From a virus (taxonomy: Duplodnaviria > Heunggongvirae > Uroviricota > Caudoviricetes), in the IMG/VR virus record IMGVR_UViG_2693429728_000004, positions 1 through 6,037 of that record: a DNA stretch of 6,037 nucleotides. One strand, written 5' to 3'. A program made the translations under genes and the position numbers. This document shows positions 1 to 5,556 of this stretch, piece by piece. Within the stretch, counting starts at the first letter, position 1, and each line of letters opens with the position of its first letter. The notes under the pieces were generated by a model. That model was not told the origin of the DNA. It saw only the letters and a program-made list of their open reading frames with translations, and made no database searches.

Positions 1-234
1 GGACCGGAAGCAGAGCCGGTAATGGCAGCGGCAAAAGCCAGCCTGCAGAAGTACATCGCCAGTCAGACGCGTCTTGGTCGGGATATTCGCCGTAGCGCCA
101 TCTTTGCCGCCCTGCATGTTGAGGGTGTGCAGCGTGTGGAGCTGGCTTCTCCTCTGGCGGATGTGGTCCTGAACAAAACACAGGCGGCATCATGTACGCA
201 GTGGAGCGTAACCAACGGAGGAACGGATGAATAG
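1..234 (+). CDS. Baseplate assembly protein J-like (P2 gpJ family), C-terminal fragment; 5' end lies outside the window
   Basis: Frame 1 is open from base 1 to the TAG at 232-234. Its stop overlaps the start of the next gene (ATGAATAG), consistent with translational coupling. Position directly upstream of gpI-like and gpH-like genes matches the P2 J-I-H order. Family assignment is by context and recalled similarity, not a search. Confidence 0.55.
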   Translation, partial: GPEAEPVMAAAKASLQKYIASQTRLGRDIRRSAIFAALHVEGVQRVELASPLADVVLNKTQAASCTQWSVTNGGTDE

Positions 235-832
235 TCTGCTGCCACCGGGTTCAACACCACTGGAGCGCCGACTGGCGCAAACCTGCAGCGGGATTTCTGA
301 TCTGCAGGTGCCGCTTCGTGACTTGTGGAATCCGGCAATCTGTCCGGTCAGTTTCCTGCCTTATCTCGCCTGGGCGTTCTCTGTGGATCGCTGGGACGAG
401 GGCTGGACAGAAAGCGTCAAGCGCCAGGTGGTGAAGGATGCTTTTTATATTCATCAGCATAAAGGGACCACCAGTGCCGTGCGGCGGGTGGTGGAGCCGT
501 TCGGCTTTCTGATCCGCATTATTGAGTGGTGGCAGACCGGAGAGGCACCGGGCACGTTTCGCCTGGATATCGGCGTGCAGGACCAGGGCATCACTGAAGA
601 TACCTATCTGGAACTTGAGCGACTGATAAGCGATGCCAAACCATGTAGCCGCCACATGATCGGCATCTCCATCAATCTGCAGACCAGCGGCCCGCATTGG
701 GTGGGAGCTGCCAGCTATCTTGGCGAAGAAATCACGATTTATCCGTATATCAACGAAACAATTATTTCTGGCGGCACCGCGCATGAAGGCGGGGCGGTCC
801 ATGTTATTGACACAATGAGAGTGAATCCATGA
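227..832 (+). CDS. Phage tail protein I (P2 gpI-like)
   Basis: 201-aa ORF containing LWNP..C.....LP.LAWAFSVDRWDE and GTFRLDIGV motifs that I recall from P2 gpI. Its stop overlaps the next start (ATGA at 829-832). Correct position between J-like and H-like genes. Confidence 0.8.
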   Translation: MNSLLPPGSTPLERRLAQTCSGISDLQVPLRDLWNPAICPVSFLPYLAWAFSVDRWDEGWTESVKRQVVKDAFYIHQHKGTTSAVRRVVEPFGFLIRIIEWWQTGEAPGTFRLDIGVQDQGITEDTYLELERLISDAKPCSRHMIGISINLQTSGPHWVGAASYLGEEITIYPYINETIISGGTAHEGGAVHVIDTMRVNP

Positions 833-1974
833 GCACAAAATTTTATACCCTGCTGACGGATATTGGCGCGGCGAAACTTGCCAGCGCCGCCGCGCTCGGT
901 GTGCCGCTAAAAATTACCCATATGGCGGTGGGCGATGGCGGCGGAGTATTGCCAACGCCGGACGCAAAGCAGACGGCACTGGTAAATGAGAAACGCCGGG
1001 CTGCGCTGAATATGCTTTATATCGACCCGCAGAATAGCAGCCAGATTATTGCTGAACAGGTGATCCCTGAAAACGAGGGCGGTTGGTGGATACGTGAAGT
1101 GGGCCTGTTTGATGAGTCCGGGGCATTGATTGCCGTGGGAAACTGCCCGGAAAGCTATAAGCCGCAACTGGCTGAAGGCAGCGGGCGTACCCAGACCGTG
1201 CGCATGGTGCTGATTACCAGCAGCACGGACAATATCACCCTGAAAATCGACCCTGCTGTAGTGCTGGCAACCCGCAAGTATGTGGATGACAAGGCACTGG
1301 AGCTGAAGGTGTACGTGGATGACCTGATGGCAAAACATCTTGCCGCGCCGGACCCGCATTCACAGTATGCACCCAAAGAAAGTCCAACGTTTACCGGAAT
1401 CCCCAAAGCGCCAACGCCAGCGGCGGGGAATAATACCACGCAGCTTGCGACCACCGCATTTGTTCAGGCGGCACTGACGGCTCTTATTAATGGTGCGCCA
1501 GCCACGCTGGACACGCTGAAAGAAATAGCCGCAGCCATTAACAATGATCCGAAATTCAGTACCACCATTAACAATGCGCTGGCACTGAAAGCGCCGCTGT
1601 CGAGTCCGGCACTCACCGGAACGCCAACAGCTCCCACAGCGGCGCAGTCGGTCAACAATACACAGATTGCCACTACCGCTTTTGTGAAATCGGCAATTGC
1701 AGCAATGGTGGGTTCTGCACCTGCGGCACTGGATACACTGAACGAACTGGCAGCGGCGCTGGGGAATGATCCGAACTTTGCCACGACAATGCTGAATGCG
1801 CTGGCAGGTAAACAACCGCTGGACAATACGCTTACCAATTTGAGTGGAAAGGATGTAGCTGGTCTTCTCACATACCTTGGTTTGGGAGAAGACATACCCA
1901 CGATGGCGGTGCTCACCGTGGTAATGGATCGGGTGCCTTCGTTGACTTCAACAACGCGCACCCCGTGGTGGTAA
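829..1974 (+). CDS. Tail fibre protein, N-terminal constant region (P2 gpH-like Sc); in this orientation it is not joined to a receptor-binding cassette and ends after 27 codons of flanking sequence beyond crossover site 1
   Basis: N-terminus [18 protein letters not shown]...MAVGDGGG and the later [26 protein letters not shown] block match what I recall of P2 gpH. The ORF is 381 aa whereas P2 gpH is about 670 aa. The motif YLGLGE is encoded exactly across site 1. Confidence 0.85.
   Translation: MSTKFYTLLTDIGAAKLASAAALGVPLKITHMAVGDGGGVLPTPDAKQTALVNEKRRAALNMLYIDPQNSSQIIAEQVIPENEGGWWIREVGLFDESGALIAVGNCPESYKPQLAEGSGRTQTVRMVLITSSTDNITLKIDPAVVLATRKYVDDKALELKVYVDDLMAKHLAAPDPHSQYAPKESPTFTGIPKAPTPAAGNNTTQLATTAFVQAALTALINGAPATLDTLKEIAAAINNDPKFSTTINNALALKAPLSSPALTGTPTAPTAAQSVNNTQIATTAFVKSAIAAMVGSAPAALDTLNELAAALGNDPNFATTMLNALAGKQPLDNTLTNLSGKDVAGLLTYLGLGEDIPTMAVLTVVMDRVPSLTSTTRTPWW
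1865..1890 (+). other. Crossover site 1 for a serine invertase (gix/hix-like 26-bp imperfect palindrome), inside the Sc coding sequence
   Basis: TTCTCACATACC-TT-GGTTTGGGAGAA: 12-bp half-sites (10 of 12 symmetric) around a central TT. The right half GGTTTGGGAGAA(G) is identical at sites 2, 3 and 4. Resembles the gix/hix architecture as I recall it (AAACC-NN-GGTTT core). Confidence 0.7.
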
Positions 1975-2127
1975 TCCTGAGCCATAGTGGCGAACCTCCT
2001 GATTGGATTAGGCTTCGCCCTATGTTGAAGTGATTGTGCCTGACAAACAGCTAAGCGCAGTTGTACCGTTATTCACACAAAATGACGGTATTTGTCTACT
2101 TGCAGGGATAATCAAAATTATGCTGAT

Positions 2128-2694
2128 TCAGGGGGATTCATTGCTCTCATTCACCGGAAATTTTCTATAAATAGTAGAAACGCCTACATCAAAAATCAGT
2201 GCAATACGCTGTCTTGATTCTCCGGCCTCGAGTAAACGTCCAATCTGTGCCCACTGTTCGGTGGTCAACTTAGGACGGCGTCCACCTACTCTGCCTTTGG
2301 CACGAGCTGCAGCCAGCCCTGCCCTGGTACGTTCAACTATCAGTTCGCGTTCCATTTCAGCCAGGGCACCCATGACATGAAAAAAGAAACGGCCCATTGG
2401 GGTGCTGGTATCAATACTGTCAGTCAGGCTTCGGAAATTCACGCCTCGCTGACGCAACTCTTCTATCAGCGTAACAAGATGCCGCATACTGCGCCCCAAC
2501 CTGTCCAGCTTCCAGACAACCAGCGTATCTCCTGCCGATAGTGTCCTGAGCAGTTTTTTCAGCCCTGGTCTGTCGGACTTAGTGCCACTGATTTTATCCT
2601 CAAAAATCCGCTCACATCCCGCGCAGTTCAGTGCATTACGTTGCAAATCGGTGTTCTGGTCATTTGTTGATACGCGTACATAGCCAATAAGCAT
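2128..2694 (-). CDS. Serine DNA invertase, Gin/Pin/Cin/Hin family, copy 1 (apparently native C-terminus)
   Basis: N-terminus MLIGYVRVSTNDQNTDLQ with the catalytic Ser in the YVRVS motif, plus VVWKLDRLGRS and a C-terminal helix-turn-helix region (RIALIFDVGVSTIYR). Very close to E. coli e14 Pin as I recall it. Start placed at the second ATG (2692-2694) because GGGGG lies 6 nt upstream; the six-frame ORF extends to 2700. Confidence 0.93.
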   Translation of the reverse strand: MLIGYVRVSTNDQNTDLQRNALNCAGCERIFEDKISGTKSDRPGLKKLLRTLSAGDTLVVWKLDRLGRSMRHLVTLIEELRQRGVNFRSLTDSIDTSTPMGRFFFHVMGALAEMERELIVERTRAGLAAARAKGRVGGRRPKLTTEQWAQIGRLLEAGESRQRIALIFDVGVSTIYRKFPVNESNESP

Positions 2695-2776
2695 GATCAT
2701 CCCCCTGAATAAAAACCGGAGATGATGCCAGTTAGCCGTTATCTCTGCATTTTCTTAAACGTTGGTTTGGGAGAAG
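2162..2776. repeat. 615-bp direct repeat, copy A (invertase body + promoter region + crossover site)
   Basis: Both boundaries mapped by direct comparison: identity with copy B begins at 2162/3545 and ends at 2776/4159 (constant offset 1383). The encoded invertase residues are identical in both copies. Confidence 0.85.
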
Positions 2777-3243
2777 GTTCAGCATTACCTGTTGGTGCGC
2801 CTGTTCCGTGGCCTTCAGAGACACCTCCAACAGGCTGGCTGAAATGCAACGGGGCGGCTTTTTCTGCTGAAGAATACCCGGAACTGGCAAAGGCTTACCC
2901 GACAAATAAATTGCCTGATTTACGAGGTGAATTTATTCGTGGCTGGGATGATGGGCGCGGTATTGATGCAGGACGTGCTTTATTGAGCCTTCAGGCTGGG
3001 ATGCTGGAAAAGCACCGTCATATTGTTGTTGCCAATGATGGTTACGACACAAAAGATGAATGGGAACTGGCTACGATTTTCAAAAAGACATACACACAAG
3101 GACGGGGACTTGATGCCACAAATACAGGAGGGAGTCTGATCCCATCACCGACACTTCATTCACGAGGGAGTATCGGTAATACTGGCGGGAGTGAAACCCG
3201 TCCACGAAATATTGCATTTAACTTTATCGTGAGGGCTGCATAA
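2722..3243 (+). CDS. Tail fibre variable C-terminal (receptor-binding) cassette Sv1; functional only when fused to Sc at the crossover site
   Basis: Contains GAPVPWPS...P.GWLKCNGAAFSAEEYPELAKAYP...NIAFNFIVRAA, which I recognise as the signature of Mu S / P1 S / e14-type fibre tips. The leading ATG codons are probably fortuitous; coding relevance begins at the GLGE codons in site 2. Confidence 0.8.
   Translation: MMPVSRYLCIFLNVGLGEGSALPVGAPVPWPSETPPTGWLKCNGAAFSAEEYPELAKAYPTNKLPDLRGEFIRGWDDGRGIDAGRALLSLQAGMLEKHRHIVVANDGYDTKDEWELATIFKKTYTQGRGLDATNTGGSLIPSPTLHSRGSIGNTGGSETRPRNIAFNFIVRAA
2750..2775 (+). other. Crossover site 2 (gix/hix-like), about 50 bp upstream of the invertase copy 1 start and at the 5' edge of cassette Sv1
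   Basis: TTTTCTTAAACG-TT-GGTTTGGGAGAA. Right half and central TT are identical to site 1. Same codon phase as site 1 (the central TT occupies codon positions 2-3 and is followed by GLGE codons). Confidence 0.7.
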
Positions 3244-3544
3244 TGGATAACGCCGTATTAAATAGCGAGCTTATTGCCACGAAGGCGGGGAATATTACCG
3301 TCTATAACTATGATGGTGAAACTCGGGAATATATTTCCACTTCAAATGAATATCTTGCCATTGGTGTCGGTATCCCTGCATATTCCTGTTTAGATGCCCC
3401 TGGCACACATAAGGCGGGTTATGCTATCTGCCGTTCGATGGATTTAAATTCATGGGAATATGTGCCAGATCATCGCGGTGAAATCGTCTATAGCACCGAA
3501 ACAGGAGAATCGAAAGAAATCACAGCTCCGGGTGATTATCCTGA
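2762..3544. repeat. Inverted repeat, arm A (site core + Sv1 + first 100 codons of the chaperone), at least 783 bp
   Basis: Position p pairs with 8799-p on the opposite strand: 2762 pairs with 6037 (window end) and 3544 with 5255. The first mismatch is 3545 vs 5254. Confidence 0.85.
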
Positions 3545-3557
3545 TTTCTATAAATAG
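3243..3557 (+). CDS. Tail fibre assembly (chaperone) protein, truncated copy U1; identical to U' for its first 100 codons, then fused to unrelated sequence
   Basis: Residues 1-100 are identical to the 200-aa U' (4954-5556, - strand). Divergence begins at nt 3545, exactly where the 615-bp invertase repeat starts. Start overlaps the Sv1 stop (TAATG). Confidence 0.7.
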   Translation: MDNAVLNSELIATKAGNITVYNYDGETREYISTSNEYLAIGVGIPAYSCLDAPGTHKAGYAICRSMDLNSWEYVPDHRGEIVYSTETGESKEITAPGDYPDFYK

Positions 3558-4077
3558 TAGAAACGCCTACATCAAAAATCAGTGCAATACGCTGTCTTGA
3601 TTCTCCGGCCTCGAGTAAACGTCCAATCTGTGCCCACTGTTCGGTGGTCAACTTAGGACGGCGTCCACCTACTCTGCCTTTGGCACGAGCTGCAGCCAGC
3701 CCTGCCCTGGTACGTTCAACTATCAGTTCGCGTTCCATTTCAGCCAGGGCACCCATGACATGAAAAAAGAAACGGCCCATTGGGGTGCTGGTATCAATAC
3801 TGTCAGTCAGGCTTCGGAAATTCACGCCTCGCTGACGCAACTCTTCTATCAGCGTAACAAGATGCCGCATACTGCGCCCCAACCTGTCCAGCTTCCAGAC
3901 AACCAGCGTATCTCCTGCCGATAGTGTCCTGAGCAGTTTTTTCAGCCCTGGTCTGTCGGACTTAGTGCCACTGATTTTATCCTCAAAAATCCGCTCACAT
4001 CCCGCGCAGTTCAGTGCATTACGTTGCAAATCGGTGTTCTGGTCATTTGTTGATACGCGTACATAGCCAATAAGCAT
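3520..4077 (-). CDS. Serine DNA invertase, Gin/Pin/Cin/Hin family, copy 2 (C-terminal tail replaced: ...STIYRNQDNHPEL in place of ...STIYRKFPVNESNESP)
   Basis: Identical to copy 1 through the helix-turn-helix region. Its last 8 codons are read from the antisense strand of the truncated U1. Lies within direct repeat 3545-4159. Confidence 0.9.
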   Translation of the reverse strand: MLIGYVRVSTNDQNTDLQRNALNCAGCERIFEDKISGTKSDRPGLKKLLRTLSAGDTLVVWKLDRLGRSMRHLVTLIEELRQRGVNFRSLTDSIDTSTPMGRFFFHVMGALAEMERELIVERTRAGLAAARAKGRVGGRRPKLTTEQWAQIGRLLEAGESRQRIALIFDVGVSTIYRNQDNHPEL

Positions 4078-4159
4078 GATCATCCCCCTGAATAAAAACC
4101 GGAGATGATGCCAGTTAGCCGTTATCTCTGCATTTTCTTAAACGTTGGTTTGGGAGAAG
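3545..4159. repeat. 615-bp direct repeat, copy B
   Basis: See copy A. Mismatches flank the repeat at 2161 vs 3544 and at 2777 vs 4160. Confidence 0.85.
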
Positions 4160-4518
4160 CAGCGAAACGGGGTGTGGGAACAGGGGAAAATCAGATACCG
4201 GACATGGCTTCTTTTGCCAGTGGTGATGGATGGATGAAATTACCCAACGGTAAAATTCTGCAATATGGTCGAGGTGAGGCTATGCCGAAATTATCGACGC
4301 AAACAATGAGGATTACATTTCCTATCCCTTTCCCTAAAAAAGCGGACTGCGCCATTCTTACCCATTCTGGTGATGGCGGTGCGCCTTTAGGCGCTGGGCG
4401 AGGGTTCGTGATGACTGCAGAAGGCCCTACGTTAACCGGCTTTAATTCTGCTTACAGAACGTCATCAACCAGCGACACGGTATCTATGCATTACAGTTGG
4501 TGGGCTGTTGGTGAGTAA
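4105..4518 (+). CDS. Tail fibre variable C-terminal cassette Sv2, a receptor-binding tip unrelated in sequence to Sv1/Sv'
   Basis: Shares only the leader and GLGE site codons with Sv1, then diverges completely (AAKRGVGTGENQIPDMASF...). Followed 20 bp downstream by a chaperone gene, as expected for a fibre tip cassette. Confidence 0.7.
   Translation: MMPVSRYLCIFLNVGLGEAAKRGVGTGENQIPDMASFASGDGWMKLPNGKILQYGRGEAMPKLSTQTMRITFPIPFPKKADCAILTHSGDGGAPLGAGRGFVMTAEGPTLTGFNSAYRTSSTSDTVSMHYSWWAVGE
4133..4158 (+). other. Crossover site 3 (gix/hix-like), identical copy of site 2, at the 5' edge of cassette Sv2
   Basis: Same 26 bp as site 2 (offset 1383 bp, inside the direct repeat). Sequence diverges immediately after GAGAAG. 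Confidence 0.7.
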
Positions 4519-4538
4519 TTTTATTCAGGGTGATTTAT

Positions 4539-4982
4539 ATGAACGAATATGTTTATAGTGCCAAGCATAATGCTTTTTTCCCTGTGGATATGATTGATAA
4601 ATATAAATCAGTAGGATGGGATTTATCAGATGCTAAGGAGGTGAATCAAAATATTGTCAGTGAGTTTATGGCTGAACCGCCACAAGGAAAAGTCCGTATT
4701 GCCGGAGAGGATGGACTACCTACGTGGGCAGATATTCCTCCACCTACTCATGAAGAGCTTATTGAAATTACTGAATCAGAAAGACAGCTACTAATTAACC
4801 AGGCCAACGAATACATGAACAGTAAGCAATGGCCCGGTAAAGCCGCTATTGGTCGTCTGAAAGGTGATGAACTGGCGCAATATAATTTGTGGCTGGATTA
4901 TCTGGACGCACTGGAGCTGATCGATACTTCCGGTGCGCCAGATATTGAATGGCCTACGCCTCCGGCAGTTCAGGCCAGATGA
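4539..4982 (+). CDS. Tail fibre assembly (chaperone) protein U2, cognate to Sv2
   Basis: Position immediately after Sv2. Its C-terminal region (LLINQANEYMNSKQW....A..RLKGDELAQYNLWLDYLDALELIDTSGAPDIEWP) parallels the U' C-terminus (LIDTAMASISLIQLKLQAGRKLTQAETTRLNAVLDYIDAVTATDTSTAPDVIWP). Start chosen at the ATG at 4539 with AGGGTGA upstream; the ORF track begins at a GTG at 4530. Confidence 0.75.
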   Translation: MNEYVYSAKHNAFFPVDMIDKYKSVGWDLSDAKEVNQNIVSEFMAEPPQGKVRIAGEDGLPTWADIPPPTHEELIEITESERQLLINQANEYMNSKQWPGKAAIGRLKGDELAQYNLWLDYLDALELIDTSGAPDIEWPTPPAVQAR

Positions 4983-5556
4983 CATCCGGCGCTGTGCTGG
5001 TATCTGTTGCCGTCACCGCGTCAATGTAATCCAGCACAGCGTTAAGGCGGGTTGTTTCTGCCTGCGTCAGCTTCCGTCCGGCCTGTAATTTCAGTTGAAT
5101 CAGACTGATGGAGGCCATTGCAGTATCAATCAGCGACTGGCGCAGTGCTTCTGCTGCATCTACTGCTGCGCCGTGCTGTGCCTCGGTATCTGTCACCCAT
5201 TTCTCACCATTCCATTTATCGTATGGCGTTAACGGGGCGATAGTGGTTGTATTTTCAGGATAATCACCCGGAGCTGTGATTTCTTTCGATTCTCCTGTTT
5301 CGGTGCTATAGACGATTTCACCGCGATGATCTGGCACATATTCCCATGAATTTAAATCCATCGAACGGCAGATAGCATAACCCGCCTTATGTGTGCCAGG
5401 GGCATCTAAACAGGAATATGCAGGGATACCGACACCAATGGCAAGATATTCATTTGAAGTGGAAATATATTCCCGAGTTTCACCATCATAGTTATAGACG
5501 GTAATATTCCCCGCCTTCGTGGCAATAAGCTCGCTATTTAATACGGCGTTATCCAT
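4954..5556 (-). CDS. Tail fibre assembly (chaperone) protein U', full length, cognate to Sv'
   Basis: 200-aa ORF convergent with U2, with 3' ends overlapping by 29 bp. Start overlaps the stop of Sv' on the - strand. This paired, convergent layout is the one I know from the Mu G and P1 C invertible segments. Confidence 0.8.
   Translation of the reverse strand: MDNAVLNSELIATKAGNITVYNYDGETREYISTSNEYLAIGVGIPAYSCLDAPGTHKAGYAICRSMDLNSWEYVPDHRGEIVYSTETGESKEITAPGDYPENTTTIAPLTPYDKWNGEKWVTDTEAQHGAAVDAAEALRQSLIDTAMASISLIQLKLQAGRKLTQAETTRLNAVLDYIDAVTATDTSTAPDVIWPELPEA

Noticed and set aside
63-1985. Long - strand ORFs (63-338, 251-838, 907-1359, 1155-1454, 1360-1815, 1464-1985) overlapping the J, I and H genes
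   Set aside because: They lie antisense to strongly supported, translationally coupled tail genes in GC-rich sequence where stop codons are rare, and their translations are low-complexity (Cys/Arg-rich or Ala/Ser-rich) with no recognisable domain. Treated as shadow ORFs.
1992-2025. Possible hairpin (GGCGAA ... TTCGCC) as an intrinsic terminator downstream of Sc or the invertase
   Set aside because: The stem is only 6 bp with a loop of about 22 nt and no following T-tract on either strand, so it is not a convincing rho-independent terminator.
2722-2761. The MMPVSRYLCIFLNV leader (also at 4105-4144) as the genuine N-terminus of independent fibre-tip proteins
   Set aside because: This stretch is the invertase promoter region plus the left half-site of the crossover site. 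A stand-alone 173-aa or 137-aa tip without the Sc shaft would not be a functional fibre; the cassettes are read only after fusion to Sc at the GLGE codons. The coordinates are kept for the ORF, but the leader is considered fortuitous.
2128-4159. The duplicated recombinase units as insertion sequences or a transposon
   Set aside because: The recombinase is a small serine invertase (about 188 aa, Gin/Pin-like), not a transposase. No terminal inverted repeats or target-site duplications flank the units, and the repeat boundaries fall inside genes, indicating duplication by recombination rather than transposition.
4791-4985. 64-aa - strand ORF inside U2
   Set aside because: Antisense to a well-supported chaperone gene, short, no ribosome-binding site and no recognisable motif.
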